IMG/VR virus record: IMGVR_UViG_3300028197_000002
DNA from: a virus
Lineage: Duplodnaviria; Caudoviricetes
Reading direction: 5' to 3' (one strand)
DNA length: 64,000 bases
A program made the position numbers and the translations under genes. The notes beneath the pieces are model-generated. The model saw nothing but the letters and a program-made list of their open reading frames with translations, had not been told where the DNA came from and made no database searches. Positions 46,646 through 56,671 of this stretch are shown here, piece by piece (position 1 is the stretch's first letter; the number at the start of each line of letters is the position of its first letter).

Positions 46646-47590
46646 ATGTCAAGATTAGATCGTCAAAATGGACTTTCGATTAGTGAGTTTGTCGAAAAAA
46701 GAAATAAGATTCTTATACTGATGAAAGACGGTGGCTTGGGCGATGTGTTCTCTTACAGAATGATTTTTGAAGATATTAAAAAATTAATTCCAAATGCTTA
46801 TGTGGTTTTTGCGTGTCCAGAAAAATACTTTTCAGCAATTGAAGATCATCCTTTTATAGATGAGGTCACAAATTGTGAAACAATAGATAAAAAAGAATTT
46901 ATTGTTCACTATGACATAACTTCAGTTTGTTTTGAACATGAAATGAAAATTGCTCCATTCTCTGATTTAAATAGAAGCGATATTGTGTCTGAGCATTGTG
47001 GCTTTGCATTAACCAACCATAACATGCATATTAATCTAGAAGAAATTCATGTAAAAGAAGCAAAAGAAAAATTGCCAAATAAAATTAATTTTGCTATATG
47101 TCCTTTTTCAAAAGTTCCAGCTCGATCAATGACAATGAGTCAAATTAAAAAAATAAAAAATAAATTAGACAGTCTAGATATTAATTTAATTTGTTTACAT
47201 AATAAAGAAAACAAAGACTTAGAAAATATTGGAATTCCTGTTTGGAGCGAATTGAATAATAAGCAATGGATGGGATCTTTAGCAGCGGTAGATTATGTAA
47301 TAAGCGTAGATACAGCCAGCTTTCATTTTTCTGGTGGGATTGAAAAACCTTTAATTGGAATTTTTGGACCTACAGATGGAAAAGTAATCGGAAAGCATTA
47401 CAAATTCATTTTAATTCAAAGACACAGGGATGAAGGAGACTGGGATTGTGGACCTTGCCATAACTGGTTTAGTTGTCCAAAAACAAAAAATGCAATAAAA
47501 CCTTGTATAAAAGAAATAAATGATGAAAAGTTAATAAATAGTATTGACGTAATTTTAGAAAAATATCCCATAAAATACTCTAATAACTAA
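46646..47590 (+). CDS. Glycosyltransferase family 9 (heptosyltransferase-like)
   Basis: GGLGDV, and DYVISVDTASFHFSGGIEKPLIGIFGPT. Confidence 0.9.
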   Translation: MSRLDRQNGLSISEFVEKRNKILILMKDGGLGDVFSYRMIFEDIKKLIPNAYVVFACPEKYFSAIEDHPFIDEVTNCETIDKKEFIVHYDITSVCFEHEMKIAPFSDLNRSDIVSEHCGFALTNHNMHINLEEIHVKEAKEKLPNKINFAICPFSKVPARSMTMSQIKKIKNKLDSLDINLICLHNKENKDLENIGIPVWSELNNKQWMGSLAAVDYVISVDTASFHFSGGIEKPLIGIFGPTDGKVIGKHYKFILIQRHRDEGDWDCGPCHNWFSCPKTKNAIKPCIKEINDEKLINSIDVILEKYPIKYSNN

Positions 47591-47604
47591 GAATACATAA
47601 TAAT

Positions 47605-47853
47605 ATGGCACATTTAATAAAACCCGGAGAAATAAAAGTAGTTAGTAAAGATAATGAGGTATCAGTCAATATCTCATTAGACTTAAATATTTCTCTAGAC
47701 GGGACTGTAACTGGTGTGAGTACCCAGATTCAAAACTCTCAGCAACCATCTTTAGGCGAAAATAAAATTGATTCTCCTGAAGACACCACATGGGCGATAC
47801 CAGATTTTGAATCTGCTTCAGGCAAGTTGAAATTTGGAAAAGAAGAAAAATAA
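47605..47853 (+). CDS. Small protein upstream of the actin-like gene
   Basis: 82 aa; TACATA-N5-ATG upstream. Confidence 0.55.
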   Translation: MAHLIKPGEIKVVSKDNEVSVNISLDLNISLDGTVTGVSTQIQNSQQPSLGENKIDSPEDTTWAIPDFESASGKLKFGKEEK

Positions 47854-47876
47854 AATAAGAAAGAAAGAGGTGAAAA

Positions 47877-48896
47877 ATGGCAATAGGATTTGACGCAGGA
47901 ACTTATCATTTAGTTAGTTGTAAAAAACAAGGCGAAGAATATATTTACAAAAAAGAGGTAAATGCTTTTTTGGAAATGCCTTTAGAAAACAGATTTGTTT
48001 TCAATATGATGAACAACGCAGGAGTCCCTTTAATCGAAAACAAAGAAGCAAATGTTGCTTACGCTCTTGGTGAAAAGGCTGTAGATATGGCTTACACTAT
48101 GAATCAAATAGAACTTAAAAGGCCTATGAAAGATGGATGCTTAAATCCAAAAGAAAGACATGCGCAACAAATAATGAATGTTATGGCGCATAGTCTCATA
48201 GGAGAGATTTCGCAAAATGAAGAAAAGTTGTATTACTCTGTCCCTGCAAATGCTATAAATCAAGAAACTGACGCTGATTATCACTCTAAGATATTGCAAG
48301 CAATGTTCAAAGCTTACGAAAGTGAGCAAGGCTTTAAAGTTGATGCATATCCTATTAATGAAGCTTTGGCTTTAGTGTATGCTGAGTTAACAAATAAAAA
48401 TTGGACTGGAATTGGAATTTCTTTTGGCGCTGGAATGGTGAATCTTTGTTACGCTATTTATGGAGCGCCAATTTTTCAGTTTTCTTTAGTTAACAGTGGA
48501 GATTGGATTGACAAGATGGCTTCAAAAGCAATAGGTGAAGATACTACCACTTATGTAAACAAAGAAAAAATGAAATCTGATCTAACTATTGATCAACCTG
48601 ATACGCTTGTTCAAAGAGCAATCAAAACTCAGTACGAGATCATGATTCAACACACAGTCAATGGAATAAAACAAGGTTTAGAAAATGCTGGAAACAAAGC
48701 AAGATCAGAGGAACCTATTGACATAGTAATTGCTGGCGGTACTAGTATGCCAGTTGGATTCGAAAAAATGTTTTCTACAATATTAGAGCAATCAGGTATT
48801 TCTGATAACATTAAAGTCGGCTCTGTAATTCGACCAAACGACCCTTTGTTCTCTGTGGCCAGAGGATGTTACATCGCAGCTGAAAACGCAACTTAA
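47877..48896 (+). CDS. Actin-fold ATPase (MreB/FtsA/ParM superfamily)
   Basis: Phosphate-1 IGFDAGT, connect-1 INEALA, phosphate-2 GISFGAGM, adenosine IVIAGGTSM, connect-2 FSVARGC; GAGGTG SD. Confidence 0.85.
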   Translation: MAIGFDAGTYHLVSCKKQGEEYIYKKEVNAFLEMPLENRFVFNMMNNAGVPLIENKEANVAYALGEKAVDMAYTMNQIELKRPMKDGCLNPKERHAQQIMNVMAHSLIGEISQNEEKLYYSVPANAINQETDADYHSKILQAMFKAYESEQGFKVDAYPINEALALVYAELTNKNWTGIGISFGAGMVNLCYAIYGAPIFQFSLVNSGDWIDKMASKAIGEDTTTYVNKEKMKSDLTIDQPDTLVQRAIKTQYEIMIQHTVNGIKQGLENAGNKARSEEPIDIVIAGGTSMPVGFEKMFSTILEQSGISDNIKVGSVIRPNDPLFSVARGCYIAAENAT

Positions 48897-49129
48897 TGAG
48901 AGGAAAAATGAAGAAAATTGTCACGGACCTAGGAGCAGGAGCTTACCTTCTTATGCATGGCCATAAAGTGGTAGGAAGAAAAGGCAAAGAATTTATATTT
49001 GAAGTAAATGAATCAGAGGAAAATGAATTCGAAGAAAGAAAGCTAGAATATCTCTCTAGTGAGTTTCATAGATTTGATTCTTACATTATGTCTTTAAAGA
49101 AAATAGGGGAGTATTATCCTCGAAAATAA
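48896..49129 (+). CDS. Small DUF5659-like protein
   Basis: TDLGAGAYLLMHG...KEFIF pattern; coupled to the actin-like gene (alternative start 48908). Confidence 0.45.
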   Translation: MRGKMKKIVTDLGAGAYLLMHGHKVVGRKGKEFIFEVNESEENEFEERKLEYLSSEFHRFDSYIMSLKKIGEYYPRK

Positions 49130-49167
49130 TAACTAAAAATATTATTTTAATATAATAAATAAGTATT

Positions 49168-50622
49168 ATGAAAAGCATAGCAGATTATTTCAGAGATGTA
49201 CTTATAGAACTTTCGAGCAATCTAAGAAAGCACTTAGAGGAGCTTGAAGCTTCGGTAAGAAAACATATAGCAGATTCAACTTCACCTTCGGGACAGCCAG
49301 CCAATGCAACGAACCGAAGTGAATCTTCAATTGTTGAGTCATACAAGAAAAAAAGAAAACTTTTTGATTTTGTGAAGTTAGAAAGCGAAAACTTTTTATT
49401 AAATTTTCCAGAAGGAAAGTTGAAACAATACACTTTTAAGCAAAATTTTGCAAATAAACTAATTGAATTTGCAATCAATGAAGCAGAAGTAATAAATGAA
49501 GAAGATCTTTCAAAAATCATAAATGATTTTAAAGAAAAAGTTATTAGATCAATGTCTGTGGCTAGCAATTCTATTCGAACAAAACAGCAGTTCACTAAAG
49601 AATTTGATCCTAAAGCAATAGTTGATAACGACGATGATGATGGACCATCTACACAAACGTATGATGATAAATCTGATGATGAAATTGAAGATATTGTCAA
49701 AAATCAACAAGCATCCACAAGCCAAAAGTCAAGTGCAGATGTCAAAAATCAACAAGCATCTAAAAGCCAAAAATCAAGTTCAGACGTCAAAGGAACTGCT
49801 ACCGCTAGTGACGTAGAAGAATTAGAACAACGTGAAGATGAAGAAAAAATAGCTTTAGATGAATTAAATTCTTTTTCAGACGAAGATAAAGAAGCAATAA
49901 TTTCTAATTTTCTTAATGCAGGTATTTTAAATCTTGATGGAAAAGTAAAAATTCCAACTGGAGATTTCAAGGGCATTCTCAAAAGAAGGACAGATAAAGA
50001 ATTAGAAAAGTATCTTCCGTCATTAACGAGCGATCACGTTGCTCATCTTATGGCCATAATGGTACATATAGCTCATGAACAAGAAGAAGATGGCTACGCT
50101 TCTATTTTTGAGAAAATTAAAAAGTTATATAAAAAAACAATAACTGAAATTGGAAAAAAATCTGGCGAGGAAGCAGCTAAACCACAAGATTCTAATAAAA
50201 CAACATCTAAAGCAGCTAAACCACAAGAAGATCCTAAAACAAAGCCCCAGAAAGCCCCAGAATCGTCAGTTAAGCCTCAGATGAAGTCTTACTCGTCTAA
50301 TTCGGTTAAGCCGGAAACAAAGCCTACAGACGATTCTAGGGATACACCGTCTATTCCAAGGCCAAAACTTCCACAAAGTGTCAAAACACCCACAGATTTT
50401 GCCAATTGGATGCAAAAGCTTTCTAGAGACATATATTCTACAAATAAATCAATAGGAACAATGGCTCAAGAAACCGCCAAAACTGCAAAAGATGCAGTTA
50501 GTCGTGGCGCTTTTAATGCCATAAACCCAGAAGAGCAATTTAATGCTTTTATGAATCTGGCTTTATCAGAACTTTCAGAAGAAGATTTATATAAATTAAT
50601 TACTTCAACTTCTGGATTTTAA
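49168..50622 (+). CDS. Hypothetical low-complexity protein
   Basis: 484 aa; acidic and K/P/S-rich linkers; TAAATA-N6-ATG upstream. Confidence 0.6.
   Translation: MKSIADYFRDVLIELSSNLRKHLEELEASVRKHIADSTSPSGQPANATNRSESSIVESYKKKRKLFDFVKLESENFLLNFPEGKLKQYTFKQNFANKLIEFAINEAEVINEEDLSKIINDFKEKVIRSMSVASNSIRTKQQFTKEFDPKAIVDNDDDDGPSTQTYDDKSDDEIEDIVKNQQASTSQKSSADVKNQQASKSQKSSSDVKGTATASDVEELEQREDEEKIALDELNSFSDEDKEAIISNFLNAGILNLDGKVKIPTGDFKGILKRRTDKELEKYLPSLTSDHVAHLMAIMVHIAHEQEEDGYASIFEKIKKLYKKTITEIGKKSGEEAAKPQDSNKTTSKAAKPQEDPKTKPQKAPESSVKPQMKSYSSNSVKPETKPTDDSRDTPSIPRPKLPQSVKTPTDFANWMQKLSRDIYSTNKSIGTMAQETAKTAKDAVSRGAFNAINPEEQFNAFMNLALSELSEEDLYKLITSTSGF
49696..49791 (+). repeat. 45-nt coding tandem duplication
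   Basis: GTCAAAAATCAACAAGCATC...CAGA(T/C) at 49696 and 49741, then GTCAAA. Confidence 0.85.
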
Positions 50623-52862
50623 TTAAATAAGTCTTTAATATTAATAGATGGATCTCTCTTTCTAGTCTTAGGATCAGTTCTCATAACTCTACTTTTTCTT
50701 CTTACGTTTTTCGCAAGCCATTTAAGAGCAGAAGTAAAAATTCCGTCTTTTTTGCCTTTTTGAGAAGTATCAACACCACTTTTCTTTGCCTGTTTTTCTT
50801 CAGCATCTTGAGCGACTTTGCCAACCTCTCTGTCAATAGAATCTACATTTGAGGATTGCATCTGTTTTAATTTAGATTTCAATTCATCTTGTCTTTTTTC
50901 AAGTTCTTTATCTAAAGCTTCTCCTGAATGACTAGATCTTCCTAGATTAAGTTCTATATCTTCTATCTCTTGCTCTAAAGAATCAACTTGAGATTCATTT
51001 TGATAAACTTGAGCAAGTAATTGTGGTATAGTTGCTATTTCTTGCTGTGGGTTGACTTTTCGAATAATTCTATTCCATTTCTCAGGAGTTTCTAATCTCA
51101 AGAATATTTGCAATATCATTTTTGCATAATTATCTCCTTGAGTATTTGCATTTGATTTGACTTTATTTGCCAATCTTTGCATTTTCTCTTTATCACCAGA
51201 CTTATATGCTTTTGCATAAGAAGGAATTATATCTCTAGATGCTTTGTCTCTAAAATAAATTAAAGCATTAGGCAATATTTTCGAATCAGCGTTTTCAGAC
51301 AATCCATATACTAAAGCTTTTTGATAAGGATTGTTAGATTTCATCATTTCGCTTTGAAGACGATTTGTTATTCCGTCTTTCACATCTTCACTGACATTTA
51401 ATTCTTTAAACACATGATTGTGAAATTCTTGAAGATCTTGATCTGATCCATCGAATATGTCTAATAATCTTGTGTGTATTTTTTCTTTTTGTTGCCAGTT
51501 TGGATTCATAGTTCCATAACCAGTAAATTTGGTATGTGGGTTCGAAGTTCCACCTTTTTGATAAGCAACATTAAATTTGTCGACATTAAGTCTTCGAGCT
51601 TTATTTCTTATCTTGTCAGTATGACCTTTTACTTTTCTTGAATAAGCTTCTATTTTTTTCTTTATAACACCAGAGATGTATTTTTCTTGTTGTTCTTCAG
51701 AAAGATCTTTTATAATAGGAATTAATTTTTTATATTCATCTTCAAATTTATCTTTTTTACGACTGATGTACTGAGCTGTTTTAATTAAACGATTAAGCTT
51801 ATCTCTTTCCAGTATCTTTTTTCTTCTTTCGCTAGTTCCTTTTTTATTTTCTTCAAGCCATTTGACAACTTCTTCTAGTTCCTTCTCTTTTTTAGAAAGC
51901 TCACTCTTATTTAAAAAAGTTTCGTCTGACAAATCAATCAAATCTATGTAATCTTTAAAATTTTCTTCTTCTAAATCTTTATCAAGTTGTTTTTCTATTC
52001 CACTCCAAATATCATGTGCTTTTTTAGTGGATGTCGCAATCATAAAAGCAGGTTTTAATATTGGAACATTTTCTTCAAAAGTAACAGTTTGGGTAATGCC
52101 ATTTTTACCTTTCTTTTGAACTGTAAACGTCTTAGGTTCAATAGGAATATCTTTTTTGCTGTAGAGAGTTTCTCTTCCTTGAGTAGAACCAACCCACTTC
52201 TCTTTTTTAATTTTACCAGAAGTATTAAATTTTCCTCTTTGATGCTCTCCTATCTCATTGTCATGCCAACCTTCTTCTGTCGCATTTATTAAGGTTCTAA
52301 GTCTTTTTCGAATTGAATTTAAATCAGGGACAATGTACCCAGCAGCTTTTCCAAAATTTTGAGCTTTACCTTTTCCTGTTTCGTTTCCACTCCATTTGAA
52401 ATCTTCAAAACTAAATCCATATTTGCCTTTTTTACCTTCTCTAGATATTTCAGAATACTTATCTGATTTATTGAAAGCTAAAGACGCATAAGCTTCATCA
52501 TCTACATCTGCATTGAGCTTGTCATATAATTTATTAATCCCAGTATCTACATTTGGAACTTTATAGCCATTTTTAAAATTTACTGTTTGGCGGTCCGATA
52601 TCTTTCCATTTTTTTCTCTGGCTTCATGAGCCTTATATAATAACCATCCATATCTTTGATATAAAGCTTGCGACCAAAACTTAGTTGGAAACTGATTCAA
52701 ATAATCAATATCATCTTGATCTAAAAAGATAGGTGTTTTTCTTGTTTCGTGAACAACTTCTTCTGTGCCGTCATCTTTTGTATATTTGATAGGCTTTGTA
52801 GCCATCTCCGAAACTGTTGCTTCATGAATGTCTTTTGCTTTTAAATAATCATTAAATTTCAT
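50619..52862 (-). CDS. Large hypothetical protein, possible internal head protein
   Basis: 747 aa, Lys-rich, coiled coils; MKFNDYLK N-terminus. Confidence 0.6.
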   Translation of the reverse strand: MKFNDYLKAKDIHEATVSEMATKPIKYTKDDGTEEVVHETRKTPIFLDQDDIDYLNQFPTKFWSQALYQRYGWLLYKAHEAREKNGKISDRQTVNFKNGYKVPNVDTGINKLYDKLNADVDDEAYASLAFNKSDKYSEISREGKKGKYGFSFEDFKWSGNETGKGKAQNFGKAAGYIVPDLNSIRKRLRTLINATEEGWHDNEIGEHQRGKFNTSGKIKKEKWVGSTQGRETLYSKKDIPIEPKTFTVQKKGKNGITQTVTFEENVPILKPAFMIATSTKKAHDIWSGIEKQLDKDLEEENFKDYIDLIDLSDETFLNKSELSKKEKELEEVVKWLEENKKGTSERRKKILERDKLNRLIKTAQYISRKKDKFEDEYKKLIPIIKDLSEEQQEKYISGVIKKKIEAYSRKVKGHTDKIRNKARRLNVDKFNVAYQKGGTSNPHTKFTGYGTMNPNWQQKEKIHTRLLDIFDGSDQDLQEFHNHVFKELNVSEDVKDGITNRLQSEMMKSNNPYQKALVYGLSENADSKILPNALIYFRDKASRDIIPSYAKAYKSGDKEKMQRLANKVKSNANTQGDNYAKMILQIFLRLETPEKWNRIIRKVNPQQEIATIPQLLAQVYQNESQVDSLEQEIEDIELNLGRSSHSGEALDKELEKRQDELKSKLKQMQSSNVDSIDREVGKVAQDAEEKQAKKSGVDTSQKGKKDGIFTSALKWLAKNVRRKSRVMRTDPKTRKRDPSINIKDLFN

Positions 52863-53293
52863 TTTTTTCCTTGGTTCATCATCGAATCCGACAAATTAGA
52901 TAGTTCTCCTATATTTATTTCTTGATCTTTCAAAATTTCTCTTTGTTCTTTTAATTTTTCCAGTTGTTTTTCGGCTTTTTCAGGAGCTTTTTTATTTAAT
53001 TCTTTATAACTGTCTATTTCTTTAGCGTCTTTAGGGTCATTTGGGTTTAATATTTCTTCTTCAGAAAGTCCCACAATGTGTTGCAAAAAGAAAAAGCTTC
53101 TAAGTTTTTTGTTGTTGTTCCACTGTTCTAATGTGACTCCATGACTATTAATTTCTAAAATCTTACCCACAAAATAATGAAATACTGGTTGTGGAAATGT
53201 ATTTGGGTTTTCTGACTTGAAGTCTCTGTTAGTAGGAATTGTGAATATGGTGCATACTCGTCCTTGAAAATATTCTAAATCTTTTATTTTCAC
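52859..53293 (-). CDS. Hypothetical protein (Sm-like beta N-terminus)
   Basis: GRVCTIFT...YFVGKILEINSHGVTL. Confidence 0.45.
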   Translation of the reverse strand: MKIKDLEYFQGRVCTIFTIPTNRDFKSENPNTFPQPVFHYFVGKILEINSHGVTLEQWNNNKKLRSFFFLQHIVGLSEEEILNPNDPKDAKEIDSYKELNKKAPEKAEKQLEKLKEQREILKDQEINIGELSNLSDSMMNQGKK

Positions 53294-54306
53294 AGTCTTC
53301 TTCCTCTTAATTGTGTGCTAAGAAAAAAATCGTATTGTTTTTCGTGTTGATGTATATAGTACCTAACAACTTTTAAGCCATCGTGTTGATACATGGCATT
53401 CCAGTCTTTATGTTCCTTAGATGCTCTCACATAAAAAATATTTTTAAATCCTTTTTGTAATAAAAAATCTCCCATTTTTGGCAAGGCGTCAGCACCAGCA
53501 CTGTCCGCATCTAGGCATAAAACAGGAACGTAGGATTTTATAATCTCTATTTGAGCATCCGAAAGTTCTTTTCCTCCAAAAGCAGCAGAGTAAAGACCAC
53601 ATTGACTAAGAGAAATTGCATCAAATTCTCCTTCTGTCAAATAAATTTTTTCTCCATCTTTTGGCCACTCAGGAACGTAAAGGACATCTCCTTTTCCAAT
53701 TCCAAGTTCTTTAGGAGGACCTAAGTATCTTAATTTACTATCACCTATACTTCTTCCATTGTAGTAAATTAATTCTTTATTTTTATTATAATAAGGAATT
53801 AAAATTCTATTTTTATATCTCCCTGATGTACAGACAAATAATTTGTCTGTACTGATCTTTCTTCCTTTCAGATAATCTTCGGCATTTTTTTTATAAAAAT
53901 TATTTGAAGGAAGATCATCAAATTTATACGTTCCTTCAGGAAGTTTTAAAGAAGTATTTTCTATTTCAATAAATGTTTTTTCAATTTTTATTTCAAATAT
54001 ATTCTTAACTTTATTTTCAAGATCTGCAATAGTGTGATTTGAAGTTTCAAGTATTTCTAAAGCATCATCAAAAGAGCATTTGTCAACTTGCATTACAAGA
54101 TTGACTAAAGAGCCTTTGCTGTCTGTTTTCCAGCAATGAAAAACTCCATAGGGAGCTTTGTTTTTACCTCCACTTGGATTACACCACATGTGATGTTTGT
54201 AATCATCGCAAAATATTGAATTTAATTTAACCTCTTCTCCTTTCACAACAACGTCATGAAAGCGAGATTCAGCCCAATCTAAAAATAAATCAAAATCTAT
54301 AGACAT
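53290..54306 (-). CDS. DNA primase (DnaG/T4 gp61-like)
   Basis: N-terminal Zn-binding region (C..HH..C..FHCW); TOPRIM IYLTEGEFDA and LCLDADSAG. Confidence 0.9.
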   Translation of the reverse strand: MSIDFDLFLDWAESRFHDVVVKGEEVKLNSIFCDDYKHHMWCNPSGGKNKAPYGVFHCWKTDSKGSLVNLVMQVDKCSFDDALEILETSNHTIADLENKVKNIFEIKIEKTFIEIENTSLKLPEGTYKFDDLPSNNFYKKNAEDYLKGRKISTDKLFVCTSGRYKNRILIPYYNKNKELIYYNGRSIGDSKLRYLGPPKELGIGKGDVLYVPEWPKDGEKIYLTEGEFDAISLSQCGLYSAAFGGKELSDAQIEIIKSYVPVLCLDADSAGADALPKMGDFLLQKGFKNIFYVRASKEHKDWNAMYQHDGLKVVRYYIHQHEKQYDFFLSTQLRGRRL

Positions 54307-54312
54307 GCGTTT

Positions 54313-54340
54313 ATTATATTAAAAATTATGAAAAAGTCTA
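54313..54340 (-). promoter_or_regulatory. Possible sigma70-type promoter for primase
   Basis: TAGACT-N16-TATAAT on the minus strand, 6 nt before ATG 54306. Confidence 0.4.
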
Positions 54341-54362
54341 CTGTAAAACTATTTTAAAAGGT

Positions 54363-55145
54363 ATGAATATAACACACATGAGCGTTTCAAGAAAGAACCT
54401 TTGGGATGAATGCAAAAAAAAATATTATTATAAATATCATGTAAAGCTAAAACCTGAAGAGCCTGAGCCTTTTTACTTCACTTACGGAAAAATAATTCAT
54501 AAAATAGCAGAAGAATATATTGAAAAAAAAGGAGAATTTGATTTAGGCCAAATAACAGAATCTATAGTCAAAGGAGAGATTCCGATTGAAAGGAATGGCG
54601 ATAATCCTGTTTATGCTCCTAAAATTCCATCTTTTTACAAAGCAAGAATTCCTGGAAATTTAAAATCTATACAAAACCTCACTAAATCAATTGGATTTGA
54701 TGGAGAATTAGAATGGGAATTTAAATATGATTTAGATCCTCCAAACAAAAAACTTATGGTTGGATTCATTGACCGATTAATTATTAAAAAAGACCATGCT
54801 TTCATAATAGATTACAAGACAACAAAAAGAGGAAGTAGTTTTAGAAAAAATAAAAATACTATAAAAGATGATTTGCAACTAAGAGCTTATTCTAAAATAG
54901 TTCAAGAAGAATTCAATATTCCAGCAAAAAACATCATGTCTGCTTTGTATTTTCTTGAAGGGGGTGAACTAGTAGATGCAAAATTTTCTCAAGAATCTCT
55001 AGACGAAGCAAAAAATATACTTCTTAAAGGATATGATGAAATTTACAATTGTGACACTAAAGATGCTTGGGGAAATGTGGGGAGCCATTGTAGATTTTGT
55101 GACTACAAGAAAGTTTGTCCTTTTTATAAGAATAAGAAAGGTTAA
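54363..55145 (+). CDS. Cas4-like / PD-(D/E)XK exonuclease with Fe-S cysteines
   Basis: N-terminal C (ECKKKYYY), GFIDRL..IIDYKT, QLRAY, and C-terminal CRFCDYKKVC. Confidence 0.85.
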   Translation: MNITHMSVSRKNLWDECKKKYYYKYHVKLKPEEPEPFYFTYGKIIHKIAEEYIEKKGEFDLGQITESIVKGEIPIERNGDNPVYAPKIPSFYKARIPGNLKSIQNLTKSIGFDGELEWEFKYDLDPPNKKLMVGFIDRLIIKKDHAFIIDYKTTKRGSSFRKNKNTIKDDLQLRAYSKIVQEEFNIPAKNIMSALYFLEGGELVDAKFSQESLDEAKNILLKGYDEIYNCDTKDAWGNVGSHCRFCDYKKVCPFYKNKKG

Positions 55146-56116
55146 AACCTTGTTCCAGCTGGCGCTGGAACAAGATCCCAATTGACTTTTTTCAATTCTT
55201 CAGTTAGAGGAATTGGTATGTAATCCCATTTGAATTTATTGCTAGGATTTTTCCAATCATAAATCGGAATATCTCTTCCTATAAATTCATTTGTTTTAAC
55301 TAACCACTCATGATCATTGTCTTTGAAAATTTTATGTATAGATTTCAAAGGAGTGAAATATCCAGTTCCATTACCAGAAGTGGTATCAGAAGTTCCCCAA
55401 CATATTCCAACATACCAGCTAGTATCTGTAATTAGGCCTCCACCAGATCTTCCCGGTCTTGGACTATTACGCCTAGTGACAAGGTCTAAGCCTCTCATTT
55501 CTATATACTCTACTTCATATCTTGCAACTTCTCTTCCTCCGTCACAACCCATAGAATTTAATCTTTCTTTTTCTTTTATTTTAAAGTCTACGGGAGCTAT
55601 AGGATAATACTTAGGCTTCCAGTCAGGCTTGAATCTCAAGCAACTAACGTCATAGCCACGATCATTACTCCAAAATAAAATTTCTGCCTCGTAAGAAGCA
55701 GGTTTGTCTAACTTGGTTTTATTTTTATACCAAGTTGTAACTTTAGCTTTCATCTTAGAGTTTAGATTGTATTTGTGATTTCCGGACCACAAATGACCAC
55801 ATGATATTACATAAGCCCAATTTTCTTCAGCATCATAATAGCATATAGTTCCAGAGCCACTTGCTCCATTAACAATAATCTTTAAAGAACAAGACAATAA
55901 ATCTACAAATTTAGAATCTCTTTGAGCTTTTGGCTCAAAAGAATGTCTAGATAAAGAGATTTCGGGCGATTGATCTCTAACAATTGGCATTTCTACCACA
56001 TTGTTATTTGGTGCCCATTTAAAACTAATTAAATCACTTTTAGCATGATTTAAAATTGAAGCTACTAATATAAGTAGCGAGGCGCTTAAGAACGCCAATA
56101 TCGAATTCCATTTCAT
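55142..56116 (-). CDS. Exported trypsin-like serine protease
   Basis: Signal/TM N-terminus; SGSGT, SCGHL (His), YDVS (Asp), PGRSGGGL (Ser); AGGAGG SD. Confidence 0.85.
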   Translation of the reverse strand: MKWNSILAFLSASLLILVASILNHAKSDLISFKWAPNNNVVEMPIVRDQSPEISLSRHSFEPKAQRDSKFVDLLSCSLKIIVNGASGSGTICYYDAEENWAYVISCGHLWSGNHKYNLNSKMKAKVTTWYKNKTKLDKPASYEAEILFWSNDRGYDVSCLRFKPDWKPKYYPIAPVDFKIKEKERLNSMGCDGGREVARYEVEYIEMRGLDLVTRRNSPRPGRSGGGLITDTSWYVGICWGTSDTTSGNGTGYFTPLKSIHKIFKDNDHEWLVKTNEFIGRDIPIYDWKNPSNKFKWDYIPIPLTEELKKVNWDLVPAPAGTRF

Positions 56117-56145
56117 AATAAGCCTCCTGCTTGTTACTTATATAT

Positions 56146-56661
56146 ATGGTAAATAAATTAGCATTATTCATAAATCATAATATTTTTTTAACAAAAGAAG
56201 AGTTAGAAAAAACATTAAACAAAAAAATTGTAAAAGTAATAGGAGCTAGCGTTCCTGTTTGGATGAACGTAAAAACAACAGAAACAACAGAGCCAGCCAA
56301 AGAGTTTTTTTGTGAATATGAAATTTATTATGACTCTGAAGAAGATGAGATTATTAAATCTGAATATGGTTACAATATATTCTTAAAAAAAGTTGATTGG
56401 AAAAAACCCAAAACAATTTCTTTAGAAGATTCATTGAAAATGACGCATCAAGAAAGAATGCTATATGAAAGAGAAATACAAATATTGTGGAAAAGCAATC
56501 CCGAGCCTCCAAATTTAAACAGATTAAGAAGCAAAGGAATATTTAAGAAATCTATAACTGAATTAAATATAACGCTGGATGAAATAGACAATAGCGTGAT
56601 TGACATTCAACATGTGTTAAATATAAAAAATATAAAAGATTTAAATGAAACTTTATGTTGA
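56146..56661 (+). CDS. Hypothetical protein
   Basis: About 171 aa from ATG 56146. Confidence 0.55.
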   Translation: MVNKLALFINHNIFLTKEELEKTLNKKIVKVIGASVPVWMNVKTTETTEPAKEFFCEYEIYYDSEEDEIIKSEYGYNIFLKKVDWKKPKTISLEDSLKMTHQERMLYEREIQILWKSNPEPPNLNRLRSKGIFKKSITELNITLDEIDNSVIDIQHVLNIKNIKDLNETLC

Positions 56662-56671
56662 ACTAAGGAGT

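Noticed and set aside
47560-49170. ParC-like centromere iterons beside the actin-like gene
   Set aside because: Flanking intergenic gaps are under 40 nt and show no direct-repeat array, so a classic ParMRC call is not supported
54363-55145. Cas4-like gene as part of a CRISPR-Cas locus
   Set aside because: No cas1/cas2, effector genes or repeat-spacer array seen; solo Cas4-like nucleases are common in phages
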